Origin: Nageia nagi
Lineage: Eukaryota > Plantae > Pinophyta
Assembly: GCA_050084985.1 (NCBI GenBank)
Contig: JBITNC010000001.1
Span: forward strand, 197,036,001-197,100,000
Length of the DNA: 64,000 nt
Reading direction: 5' to 3'
The first letter of the stretch is position 1, and every line of letters starts with the position of its first letter. A program made the translations under genes and the position numbers. Under the pieces are notes generated by a model that saw only the letters and a program-made list of their open reading frames with translations, did no database searches and was not told the DNA's origin. This document shows positions 52,300 through 64,000 of this stretch, piece after piece.

Positions 52300-53295
52300 A
52301 TGTCCTTCCCTCCTTGCTACAAAAAGAATGAGAATTAACATTTCCACCTAAAGAAGACATCAATATTATGATTATTGACTAGCCTAAAGTGATCAAGACT
52401 AGAGTAGGTATAGAAATAAGGGTACACTCAAATATTTCTCAAAAGAAGTAAGAATGTTTCTTGGTCTTATTTTGATATGCTTGAATTTTGCATGCATAGT
52501 TTACCACTTAAAAAAATGTTAAATCTATAAAACAAAAAATCAAAAAGAGGCATCCATCTAAAGCTTTGTTAGTTAAGAAAGAATTAGAAAATACTTGAAT
52601 TTTGGTTTTATAAGGCCCATTGACTATTTAGATTAAATTTCTAATATTGTTCTTGTTACAAAATCAAATGGGGAGGTGAGAATTTGTATTAAATTTTGGG
52701 ATATCAACAATGAATGTCCAAAAAATAATTTGTCATTACTTAATATTGACATGATTGTAAATAGTATAGCAAGACATGAGACATTTTCATTCATTGATGG
52801 TTTTTTTGTTTGTGCTATAATAAAATTTTGATCAATCTGGTAGATTAACACAAGATAGCCTTTCTTGTTCTATGGGATAATTTTTGTTGGAAGGTGACGC
52901 CCTTTGGTCTCAAAAATAGATGAGCTACATACCAATGTGCAATGGTAACTATGTTTCATGATTACATTCACAAATGAATTGAAGTATATGTTGATGACAT
53001 ATCAACTAAAACCAAGAAAAAAAAAGAGTCCCTTACATCAGTTGGATGAGGTGTTTGATATCTAAAAAAAGGTGTAATCTCATGTTAAAACTAAAAAAGT
53101 TTGCTTTTGAAGTTACTTGAGGCAAATTGGTGGGTTTCATGGTATTTAAAAGAGGTATAAAAGTGGATCCCAAGAAAGTGAAAGCCATCATAAACATGGA
53201 ACCACCCAAAAACTTGAAGAAACTAAGAATCTTACAAGGTAAGATGAATTATGTTATAAGATTCATTTCTTAGTTGGCTGACAAGCATGTTCCAT
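52300..53295 (+). pseudogene. Tat/Ogre-type reverse transcriptase fragment, cut by the insertion of D
   Basis: RPIDYLD*ISNIVLVTKSNGEVRICIKFWDINNECPKNNLSLLNIDMIV...PFGLKN...EVYVDDI...IKVDPKKVKAIINMEPPKNLKKLRILQGK. Confidence 0.88.
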
Positions 53296-53907
53296 TATGA
53301 CGTCCCCCTTGCACATTTGTAATTAAATATGGAAACCAACGGATTCCCCTTTGTATTATATTTTATTATTGTTATTATGCTTTAAGTTAGGACTTGGGAT
53401 AGAAGACATATTGGGTCAATGGACCTCACTCTGAGCCCCAAGTCGGACATCTCCCTTCCAAGCATAGATTAGGAGTTTTATTATCCTTGGAGATCCTGAT
53501 CATGATTATCAGAATCCCAAGGTCTGTTTTGCACTTAGGTGGATGGATGAGCACTTATGTACATGCTCCAGCCTTACAGAGACTCCTAGACCCCATGTTG
53601 ACCAATGATGATACCCAACCCCCACGCATGACTCCTAGAACCATGTTAGGCATGCATGGCACATTGGATCGTCATATTTGTCTTGTATATGCTTTACTAT
53701 TGTAATGTTGTGGTTTATTCATTGATGCATGCTTGTAGTGGCCATACATTGGCATATTTCTGTAGTGCAAAATGTATTGGATTCCCTAGCTCTAACGTTG
53801 GAAAATTGAGGGTTTGAATGCTTATTCTTGCTAGCCTTGTCCAAATGTTGGGTATATTTGCTTGTGTTCAATTTAATTGCACTTGAATTTGTGATTAGAT
53901 CTTTACA
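53296..53907 (+). repeat. Putative 5' LTR of D
   Basis: Begins TATGACGTCCCC (probably decayed TG...) exactly where the RT frame stops and ends ...TTACA 1 nt before the PBS. Partner LTR is outside the window. Confidence 0.7.
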
Positions 53908-53908
53908 T

Positions 53909-53920
53909 TGGTATCAGAGC
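53909..53920 (+). other. Primer-binding site (tRNA-iMet) of D
   Basis: TGGTATCAGAGC, perfect match. Confidence 0.9.
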
Positions 53921-53992
53921 TTAGATTTAGCCAACCTATGAATGAAACCTGCTATTCGCAGCTACTAGTCCAGGTCAAGCATCAAAAGGTAA

Positions 53993-55318
53993 ATGGAATC
54001 CACAAGGAAGAGCGAAAAAGTCATAACTTGATGAGACACCATCTTGGATCATCCAAGAGGAAGATCGTCAGCCATGGATGAATGAGATGCCAAATGAGGG
54101 TGATTCTAAATAGAAAAATGATGCACTAAGAGGGAGGTCTGTATCGGATAGGAGAAGAATCCCTACTCCAGCTCAGGAATCCACACCTGAGCAGAAGTTC
54201 AATGAGCTTATTTTAGCCATTCATAGCATGATGGGAGCGATCACCACCATATAGCGGTAATTAAACAAACATGTGGAAGTTCAAGAGGAGCCAAAGAGCC
54301 ACATTAGCCCCCCACATTCTATCCCTGATGAAGGAGAAGAGCCGCATGAAGAAGATAGAGAAAATAGGAAGGTGAGTATGTGGAGATCTCATAGTTTGCG
54401 AGACAAGGAGTCTACCCATCACAGATCTATGGGTCATCCAGAACCCATGTTCTTGAAATCCCACTCACATTGAGCACCATAGGGTACTAACCCTCTTTTA
54501 GGGAGATACCTAGATGAGGACGTTGGCAAGATTAGGGAACGGCCCATTATCCCCAAGTTGTCTAAACCCATGTTCGCTAAGAAGTCAGAAGAAGAGGCAA
54601 AGAATAAGGTTCTTGGCGAACTAGAGTTGAATCAGATTTTCAAGGAGTACTCCATGTTGGATCTGAGCTTGAAGAGAGATGTCAACTTCAACGGCTACCT
54701 AGAGATCTTAGAGTTGAAAGGGAGCAATTCACATAGTCCACACACCCTAAGTAGCATGTGGGGAGATAAGAGAGACATGCAGTAGAAGGTAAATAAAATG
54801 CAAGTACAAATATATAATGGGAAGAGGATGAATACTAGAGAATGGCTACATCAGTTGTAAACTTATTTCACCTTGAGCCCGAACATGGTAGAGGAAGATG
54901 CAATTCATTTTAAATCATTACACTTTGAGGGTGATGCCCTCGAATGGTGGCAACATGGAGTAATCAACCAGGATTACTCACTTATCACCTCCTTTAATGA
55001 GTTTGCCAGATGATTGGTGAAGAGATTTGATCGAAAGAAAGAGAATGATTACTTTCAAGATCTAACATCTTTTAGGCAACAAGGAGTGGTGGATGAGTAT
55101 GTATTGGAGTTCCAAAATATTTTAGTTATAATTCACCACATTCTTGAGGAGCGATTGACATTCCTCTTCATAGAAAGACTAATGTAGCCATTATAAGGAA
55201 TGGTCAAGGTATCCTCACCTAGGAACCTTGACGATGCCATTCGAGCTGCATATGACCTAGAGTCGATTGTAAAATCCCTAAAGGAAAGGTAGACGTACAC
55301 AGGGCCAACCACATAAAA
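53993..55318 (+). pseudogene. Element D gag, N-terminal part and core
   Basis: YNGKRMNTREWLHQL*TYF...SLHFEGDALEWWQHG...LTSFRQQGVVDEYVLEFQ...FLFIERL...PRNLDDAIRAA. Start approximate. Confidence 0.85.
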
Positions 55319-55812
55319 TGTATAATGCATTATTGTAAAGGTTTAGTATTAATCTTCTTTGTAAATTCACTAATACTTAATGGTATCAATAGATACCTTA
55401 AGTATTTAAGTGAATATGATAATATAACTTGTCCTACACTCCATGTCACGAGCATGCCCCTTAGGTAAAAGAAAGTTGCATGTCATACCTTTGTACATTG
55501 GATAAAAGGGTGATCCTAAGAGGGATTTTTGGCCTATATATAGAAAGCTCCCTCTTTGTGATCACACACCAATTTGTGGAGTAAAGTTATGCTATAGGAT
55601 AATGATTAGGAGATGAGATTAGGAAATTTGTAAAAGGTTCATATTTGTGAATGAAGTAAGATCTAGTTAGTGGATGTAATCTTAGTTGGAGAAACCATTA
55701 TATCTCCTAAGTCACTTTGTGAGGTTGTCTTCTTAAGTTATCTTGATGTTAGTTTGAACTTCCATAAGATCTATTTTAGTTTAAGAATTAAATATGAATG
55801 CTAGTTTCTTCA
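55319..55812 (+). repeat. 5' LTR of E (8-nt deletion at the start)
   Basis: Collinear with 63270-63771; TGT[TGGAATGT]ATAATG deletion between TGT microhomologies. Confidence 0.9.
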
Positions 55813-55815
55813 AAT

Positions 55816-55827
55816 TGGTATCAAAGC
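55816..55827 (+). other. Primer-binding site (tRNA-iMet) of E
   Basis: TGGTATCAAAGC. Confidence 0.88.
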
Positions 55828-56449
55828 TTGTTGTGATAGCTCTTCTTCTTGGTGTTGAAGCTCTTCTTCTACAAACTTGGTGATTTTCATTCCTTATTCT
55901 ACAACTCATCTCTGCATTTCATTGTTGAGCTAAAACTAAGAGAATATAAATTGTTTTCCTCTTAGTTATTATTTTTCTTATTACATTATGCTAATAACAT
56001 ATTATTTGTTATGTGTTAGTGCCTTTGAAGCATAATATAGCTAACAAAATTGCAATTTTTTTAATTTCACCTATCCTTCAATGTTATTTGCAATTGTTTT
56101 AATTGCTACAACTTTTTTTAAAGGGTTATTATATAAAAATTTGTGTAATATTACAAAAATGATACTACTTTGTAATATTACAAAATATGCCTAAAAATTA
56201 ATTAAAAAATATGATGCAAGTTTTTTAATATTAATCTTTTTTTTATGGTTCTACCATTTTTTGCTTTTAAAAATTTAGGAAAGCTTAGTGAACAAATTGC
56301 AATATTTCACAATTTTTTGAAACATTATTTTTCACAAAAATTGACTTTGCATTTGAAAATAAAGTATTCATTTGCAATATATTTTACAACCTTGTGAGGA
56401 AAATGCTTGTATTATTATTACAAAAATATTTTTTTTAATGTAAAAATGA

Positions 56450-56905
56450 GAGGGATGACCACCCATATCGGTGACCTCTGGTGGCGCGTTTGCTCATCTC
56501 CCCCTAAGAAAACTCCGTGTGATGCATAGCAGAGAGAAGAGATGAGTTTTACGATGGCTGGCTTGTTATTCACCTCCCACCTCTTCCCTTTACGAGCTCA
56601 GGCAAGCAGTCGGACCTCCTATGTAAAAGTGTTCCTGGGTTTCAGATGCATTTTTTATTTGGAGAAATCTAAGTCGTCTGCTCCGTCGACCACTAGGCCC
56701 TCTGCTCCACCGCAACCTGTCCTAGCCGCCCTCTACTTCGCCTGTGAAACCCTCGATGTTCCCTCATCCCTTCTCTTCACGTGGAGCCTCTCCATGCGCG
56801 GCCAACCCTGCTCCTTCTCATGCCCACGCCTGTCAACTCCTTGCTCATTCTCCTTGTGGACCTTGCCAGTACTCTGCCCGTTTGCTTCCTTTTTTTCCCT
56901 CCTTG
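56450..56905. other. GC-rich, CpG-retaining island in the leader of E
   Basis: Many intact CG dinucleotides (ggcgcgt, gtcggac, gtcgtctgctccgtcgac, atgcgcggcc) in otherwise CpG-poor DNA. Confidence 0.7.
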
Positions 56906-57619
56906 ATCTACATAATGTTTTATTACGTAGAACTTTTTTTTGTCTTTTTAAAATTTTTTAGTTGAGGTTGCTTGCACATTTTTCAACCATCTCAGAGGGC
57001 TCACATTTAATTCTTTCTTTGTTTGTTGGAGCATTCAAGTTTTTTTGTTGCTTGCGAGCCATGTTTTATTTAATACCTCTCATAAGTATTTATATTTTAC
57101 AAAACGTATACTCTTTTTAAAGTATTAAATGATCTTGTCTTTCATGAAATGCATTTAAACTTGCTTTAGGGTGTATAGTTGTTTAACCTTACATTAATGT
57201 TAAGTAAATGTGGCAATATAGCAATATGTTTTTTTTTTAAGTAAAAATAAAGATTTTTTAGTTAGAAGTATAAAAAAAATTTATCACATAATTTAGTTAG
57301 AAAAAAAACAATAGTTTATTTGTTTTATTAAAATAAAAATTAACATTTTTTTAAACTAAGTATATATTGAAGCCATCATATTGTCTAAATTTTTTAAATA
57401 AACAATAAGGAGAAGAATTTTTTATTGTTTTACTTAAATATTAGGGGAGGAATTTTTTGATGGTTTTACTTAAAAATATTAGAAGAATCAATACCTCTTA
57501 AAATATTAAAATTTCTTGAATGCATGACTAGATTTTTTGATGTCTCTCTAAAGCATTCATTTGTTTATACTTAAGTATTTATTTTTTTTGCTAAGATAAA
57601 CTTATGCAAATTAATAAGA

Positions 57620-57870
57620 AATGATGCATGCTTACTTAAAATGTTTAAGTTATGGGAATAATGCATGCTTTTTATTTAATTTTTGAAAAGATGCATGCTT
57701 ATTTTTTAATGATGCATACTTAATTTTTTAAGTTATAGAATTGATGCATGCTAAGTATTTTCTTATGCAAAGTTAATGGACTTGTGCAAATTATGGCATG
57801 TTTATCCTTATGCAAAATTAACTTAATTGATGATGCATGCTTATTTCTTTTAAAGATGCATGCTTATGCT
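57620..57870. repeat. Degenerate GATGCATGCTTA repeats in the leader of E
   Basis: About 7 recurrences of (g)atgcatgct. Confidence 0.65.
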
Positions 57871-57939
57871 TAGGTATTTATCATTTTTCTTGCAAAATTA
57901 ACTTGTGTAAATTATGGACTTATGTTAAAATGTCATTTA

Positions 57940-58490
57940 AGAGTTAGTAAACAAAACCCATTGGACTCTTAAGTTTCCAAGTTATGAATGGATGATGTTT
58001 AATTTATGCTCTTTACTTCATGTATAGCACTTTTGCTTTATTTACTTATGCAAAAATCGCAAATATTGAAATGAGCATCCCTTTAAAATAAACACATCCG
58101 CACATATATTCTGCAACATGACTTGTTTGAGGAGCCATGAGCTGAAGAAATGTAGATTGGAACTTTTAAGTCAGATAATCCAAATAAGTGTGCAGACGTA
58201 TGTAGTTATACCACATGTCCGCACATCCATTCAAGGATTATCCTAATAACCTAGGAGGATAACATGAAACCTAATAAAGATTAATAACTTGGTTGATCTA
58301 ATAAACATCATAACCTTGGAAAATAGTAGATACTTCTCCTTGTAAGAGTAAAATACTGCCCAAGGTGAACTGGTTGAGGATTGGTAGTACCTGGACTCCA
58401 CCTTGCGGGCATCGAAGTGAAGGCCTAATTTTAAACAAGAAAACAAACCTCAACAATATCTACATCTTCGGTTCTTTGTGATGACAAAAG
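57940..58490 (+). promoter_or_regulatory. Conserved structured leader block of E
   Basis: Homologous to the B and C blocks; hairpin TGTGCAGACGTATG...CACATGTCCGCACA at 58189-58225. Confidence 0.55.
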
Positions 58491-58656
58491 TATGAGTACA
58501 TGGGATGTATATTTGAGTTATAAACATTTGCCATTGTGAATCAAATCAAACATGTCTTTGTTGTTAAATGTAAAATGTATTATTTTCTTGGACTAAAACT
58601 AGACATATAATGTTGTTTTTAGACCACATGCTTTTTTTCACATTCTTATCTAATAA

Positions 58657-61600
58657 ATGGGAGACACATTTTTATCCAAACACATTCTCGATGGTTCCAA
58701 CTTTGGTATTTGGGAATCTCGGATAAGAATTGAATTACAAACAAGGAAGCTTTGACAAACTGTGAATGAGAACCTTGTTACTCCTACAGATGAGAAGCCA
58801 CTTGAGGCTTACAACAAGAAAAATGAATTAGCAATTTCCATGATTTTTCATTCAGTTTCAGATGATGTGCTCCTTATGATTTCGTCTTCAACCTCAGCAA
58901 AGGAAGCTTGGGATAAGCTTAAGAAAATTTACTTTGGAACTAAGTTCTCTAGAAGGTTCACTATTCTTCAAAAGTTGCTTCAATCTCATCAAAGGGAAGA
59001 TGAAAATGTTGCTATCTACTTGAATTAAATTATTGACCTTAAGACCTAACTTGTTACTTGCGGGTGCAATTGGATCAATGATGAGTTCATGGTCTTCATA
59101 ATTCTCCATAGCCTTTCTTCAAAATTTGATAACTATGTGACGGTAATTGAGACTGAGCTTGATGATGAAGAAGTCTTCTCCCTTGAAAACCTTTCTAGGC
59201 TTCTTTTGAAGCATGAGAAAACTCGTAACAAAAAGATATCGATCTCTTCTCCAAAGGAGTAATGTTGCTTAGGAGCAACCAAAACTCCTTTCAAGAAGAA
59301 GTTCAATCATCATAAAAAAATTTATCCTTCTTCCTCCAAAAAGTTTGAGAAAAGGGGAAACCACAGCAACAACGGTAACCATGGCAATAATGGCAACAAC
59401 AACTACTTCAAGCAAAGAGATGAAAAAAGCAAAGCAAGCAAACCAAATCCTAAGGTAAAATTCGATGAAAATTGTAACTTTTGTAGCATCCATGGTCACA
59501 GAAAATAATTGCTACAAAAAGAAAAGTACAATGGTAATGGAAATGTAAAGAACTTCAAAAGGAAGAATATAAAAGCTAAATTTACTATTGCCCTTTACTC
59601 CATGACTCGTATTTTTTTAATTGATTGGATTATTGATTCTGGTTGCACTAATCACCTACGCTTTGAAAATAATAAATTTGAAAATTTTCACAAATATAAA
59701 AAAGATGCAGTTGTGATAGGTGATAATTCTATCTTTGATGCCCAAGGAATTTGGAGTGTGTTGATTCACGGGAAAGTTCTTGAAAACGTGTTTTATGTTC
59801 CTAAGCTTAAGATGAACCTTCTATTCGTGATTCAAATTGTAAGAAAATGATACTCTTTTGAGTTCAAGTCTCAATCCTGATGCATTAAGAAAGGACTTGC
59901 TACTATTAAAGAATCAATGAAAGATGATCTCTACATTGTGAATCAAATTCCAACAAAGATGTGTCTTACTACGAATGTTTGTTCTAGAAGCAACATTTGG
60001 CACAAACATTTAGGGCACCTTAACCACAAGAGCATTCAAATCATGAAAAACCAAGAACTTGTGGAAGGGTTGCCTTCAATTTCACCTTCAATTAGTCTAT
60101 GTGAAAAGTGCATCCTTGGCAAGATGAATAGGCAAATATTCAAAAAAGATAAGGCAACAAGAGCATTTCAACCTTTTCAACTTGTGCATTCAGATTTGAT
60201 AGATCCGTTTCAAACTAAGTCATTTAGGGGAGCATCTCATGTCTTGACCTTCATTGACGACTTCAATAAGATGAATTTTAGCTATCTTCTTGAGCATAAG
60301 GATCAAACCTGTGAGAGTTTTAAGAATTTTAAGGCCTTAGTTGAAAATCAAACTAACCTTAAAATCAAGATGTTGGGATCAGATAATGGGAGAGAATTTA
60401 ATAGCAATAAGTTCAATGTCTATTGCGCTAAGTATGGAATCAAGAGGTAGTTTACGATTCCTTACACTCTTCAACAAAACGGTGTTGTCAAAAGGAATAA
60501 CAAGATAATTATAGAGATGGCTAGATGCATGTTGGGTAATCTTCCTAATTTCTTGTAAGGTGAAGTTGTGAGCACTGCTATTTACACATTGAATAAGTAT
60601 CCCACAAAAGTCGTTCAAGGTAAAACTCTTTTTGAAGCATGGTCAAGAAGAAAACCTAACATTTCTCACCTTAGGATGTTTGTTTATAACGCATTCTCTT
60701 ACATTGTTTCTGAAAAAAGGAAAAAGTTAGACAAAAAAGTTGAAAATGCATCTTTGTTGGTTATGACAATCAGAATAGAGGCTATAGGGTTAATCTCCAT
60801 CCTACAAAGAAGTATTTGTTTCTAGGGATGTAAAGTTCAATGAACTTCCCGAAGAATCTACTTCTAATGAGGATGTGGATGATCCAGTTGACTCATCAGT
60901 TGCACCTAGCTAGTTGGATATTGATGTAGACAAGTCACTTCAAAAGCAAAACTCTCCAACACAATGTAAAAAGAAGCATGACCTTGAACAAATTCTTATT
61001 TGCCAAAATTAATAACAAAAATGAACCCTCATCTTTCAAAGAAGCTTCTAAGCAAGAGTGCTGGATGGAAGCTATGAAAGTGGAGTATGAGGTGTTTATG
61101 AAAAATGAAATTTGGAACTTGGTTCCTTATCCCAATGAGAAGAATGTGATTGGCAATAAGTGGATCTAGAAGTTCAAGTTCAATTCAGTTAGGGATATTG
61201 AGAAATACAAGACAAAGTTAGTAGCCAAAAGTCTTGCTTAGAAATATGGTGTTGACTATGAGGAAACCTTTGATCCTATGGCAAAGATGATTACTGTGAG
61301 AATTATCTTTTCTTTTTCTGCAGCTCAAAGATGGAATGTTTTTCAACTTGACATCAAGAGTGTGTTTCTCAATGGTGACTTAGATGTAAAAATCTTCATA
61401 ACACAACCAGAAAGGTTTATTATGGAAAGCAAAAATTCTTTTGTGTGCAAGCTAAAGAAGTCATTGTATAGACTCAAGCAAGCACCTAGAGTCTGGTCCA
61501 AAAAAATTTCAGGGTACTTTGCACACATTGGATTTTCCAAGTGCTTTTCAGACTCCAATCTTTATGTGCTCAATCAGGGAAAAAACGTGGTCTTAATTCT

Positions 61601-62564
61601 CCTTTATATGGATGATCTTTTGATTACTAGGAACAGTGATGAAATCATTCAAGAGTGCATATCCAAACTTAAGGCAACGTTTGAAATAACTGATCTTGGT
61701 CTCTTGCACTATTACCTTGGAATGCAACTATATCATTACAAGGATTGTACTTATCTTAGTCAATCCAAGTATATATTAGACATCTTGCAAAAGTTTGAAA
61801 TAGAGTGTAGACATGCTGCAATCCCAATCTCTCCTAGAATCATTGTTTCTCTTAGCTCCAATTTTCAGTTAGTTGATGCTACAGTTTACAGGCAATTAAT
61901 TGGTAGTCTTCTGTGTTTGACTATTTCTAGACCAGATATTACCTTTGCAGTGAATCTGATGGCACGATTCATGTAAAAACTTTATGTTGAGCACCTCAAT
62001 GCTGTTAAGCAAATCTTGAAGTATGTTGCAGGGACAAAGGATCTTGCTCTCAAGTATTCCAAATTGCCCTCATTTCTCTTAGGGTTCTCAGATTCTGACT
62101 ATGGAGGAGATAGAAATGATAGGAAATCAACCTCTGCATATGTGTTTGGCATTGGTTCAGATGCTATCTCTTGAGCTTCCAAGAAGTAGCCTACTATTTC
62201 TCTTTCCACCACAAAATCTGAATACCGTGCCATGTCTGATGCAGCCCAGGAAGCTATCTGGCTAAAGCATCTTCTTAAAGAAATTAAGTATGAGCAAACT
62301 GGCTCATCTTTGATTTCTTCAGACAATCAATCAGCTATTTATTTGGCTAAGAATCTTGTGTTCCATCACAAAATAAAACATGCAAAAATCCAAGCCTATT
62401 TTATCAGGGAGAAGGTTCTTGATAGCATCATACACTTGGAGTATTGTCCATCAACCTTGAACTTCGCTGATTTGTTCACCAAGTCCATTCTTGAAACTCA
62501 GTTCTATAAGCTTAAGGATGTTATCAGGTTGGTGAAGTTGCCCTCAAGGAGGAGTGAATTTTGA
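58657..62564 (+). pseudogene. Copia E gag-pol polyprotein (gag, PR, INT, RT, RNase H) with premature stops
   Basis: MGDTFLSKHILDGSNFGIWE start; SAKEAWDKLKKIY; CNFCSIHGH; WIIDSGCTNH; WHKHLGHLN / LTFIDDF / SDNGREF; QLDIKSVFLNG, LKKSLYRLKQAPRVW, LYMDDLLIT; SDNQSAIYLAKN...ADLFTKS. Confidence 0.95.
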
Positions 62565-63260
62565 ATTCTTATGTTGAATTCACGTTTGTGATAACAACTT
62601 CACCCCTAGGAGGATTTTATGTTGTATAGTGTTGATTTTGTTGTACACCTTCGTGGTAAGTTCGCTCTACATAAAGAATTTGTACAATTTTTTAAGCAAA
62701 AAATTGGCCAATCTAGCACTGTTTAGTTATCTGTGTGAGAAACTCATGTGTCTTTTGGCACTGTTTAGTTATCCATGTGTGAGGAACTCGTATATCCATT
62801 TTGTTTTACTCTATTTGGTAATGATAATCAACATGTTTTGTACACAATAGGTGACTGAGTTTTGACTTGGCATCTTCATGATGACTTATAGTACACCATT
62901 GATCAGTTTATGATAGCATTGTTTGATATGATTATGTTGCATCTAACTGATCTTGTTGTTTGAGCTGCTTATGACTTGCAAATTCTCTTGAAATTACAGG
63001 TTACTTACTTCAGATGTGCAAGCTCGTGGAGACTCATCACAACTTCTATTTGAATGACTGCTTTATGTACATTGAAACCGATTGTGGTTAATAATTGTAT
63101 TGTAAACCATTTGTTAAAATGGTAAAGTAGTGAGTCTCAAACTAGACCTTGCTTACTTCACAAATATGTAAAAAATTCTCATCTTTAGTTGTATATATTT
63201 GGAAGAGAACTCTCTTACTCTCTTTCTTCTCTCTTATTCGCTCTATCCCAATATTGCATT

Positions 63261-63269
63261 AATGGGGAG
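63261..63269 (+). other. Polypurine tract of E
   Basis: AATGGGGAG directly before the TG of the 3' LTR. Confidence 0.8.
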
Positions 63270-63771
63270 TGTTGGAATGTATAATGCATTAATGTAAAGG
63301 TTTAGTATTAATCCTCTTTGTAAATTCACTAATACTTAATGGTATCAATAGATACCTTAAGTATTTAAGTGAATATGATAATATAACTTGTCCTCCACTC
63401 CATGTCATGAGCATGCCCCTTGGGTAAAAGGGAGTTGCATGTCATGTCTTTGTAAATTGAATAAAAGGGTGATCCAAAGAAGGATTTTTGACTTATAAAT
63501 AGAAGGCTCCCTCTTTGTGATCACACACCAATTTATGGAGTAAAGTTGTATTATAGGATAGTGATTAGGAAATGAGATTAGGAGATTTGTAAGAGGTTCA
63601 TATTTGTGAATGAAGTAAAATCTAGTAAGTGGATGAAATCCTAGTTGGAAGAACCATTTTATCTCTTGAATCACTTTGTGAGGTTGTCTTCTTAAGTTAT
63701 CTTGATGTTAGTTTGAGCTTCCATGAGATCTATGGTAGTTTAGGAATTAAGTGTTAGTGTTATTTCTTTCA
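63270..63771 (+). repeat. 3' LTR of E
   Basis: TGTTGGAATG...TTCTTTCA; TATA-like TATAAATAG at ~63494. Confidence 0.92.
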
Positions 63772-64000
63772 TGAAAGACCTTTGCAAATAAGAAGGGATT
63801 AGAAAGGCAAACCCCTTCCCCAACCCCGAACGAACCAGTTGGATGCAACCACACGGAGGAAGTTGAGGGAGGAAGGCAAGTGCTTCTATTGCAAAAACAC
63901 TTGGGAGTCAGGGCACTATTGCCAAGGAAAGGGAAAGGTACATTACATAGAGGTGTTTTTTGATGAGGAAACAAATGATTCAAACTTGGATCTTGGCGTG
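63772..64000 (+). pseudogene. Element D gag C-terminus (zinc knuckle), resumed after E
   Basis: LDATTRRKLREEGKCFYCKNTWESGHYCQGKGKVHYIEV (Reina-type CFxC..W.PGHxC). Confidence 0.85.

Larger units (their letters stand above)
55319..63771 (+). mobile_element. Element E: full-length Ty1/copia related to B and C, nested in the gag of D
   Basis: LTRs 55319-55812 and 63270-63771 (roughly 90% identical by eye). TSD TAAAA/TGAAA (55314-55318, 63772-63776). PBS, PPT and complete gag-pol order. Confidence 0.93.
53296..64000 (+). mobile_element. Element D: chromoviral (Reina-like) Ty3/gypsy, 5' part only, interrupted by Copia E
   Basis: LTR-like segment ending TTACA, perfect Met PBS, gag core, and a knuckle that resumes after E. 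The element runs off the window end. Confidence 0.8.

Noticed and set aside
56542-56965. 139-aa and 73-aa ORFs in the leader of E
   Set aside because: Explained by stop-codon scarcity in a GC-rich island; no recognisable domain and not shared by B or C.

Overview
AT-rich, strongly CpG-depleted plant intergenic DNA made almost entirely of decayed, nested transposons. The gag/PMD motifs look gymnosperm-like (inference only). I found no intact host gene, RNA gene or CRISPR array, and every coding region is pseudogenised. Nest 1: an old Ty3/gypsy gag remnant (Z, ~1.2-2.5 kb) lies next to a complete Ogre-type Tat element A (3748-37344, minus strand). A has ~1.18-kb LTRs, a CTCTT TSD, a tRNA-Arg PBS, the order RT-RH-aRH-INT and an antisense plant-mobile-domain (PMD) ORF. 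Copia B (15723-30738, +) is inserted in A, and non-autonomous Copia C (22872-30455, -) is inserted in B. Middle region: a very eroded MULE-like remnant, a tRNA-derived SINE with a 17-bp TSD, and a rearranged second PMD/gag-PR/RT Tat element (F). Nest 2: a Reina-like chromoviral gypsy D (53296->64000) interrupts the RT of F and contains Copia E (55319-63771). Most notable: C carries a telescoped ~1.8-kb miniature gag-pol plus two tandem arrays. The three related Copias share a conserved structured block in a long intron-like leader (one hairpin covaries between B and E), a U3 palindrome with a PBS-like core, and extra internal PPT-like sites. Identities and translations were read by eye and need alignment to confirm.
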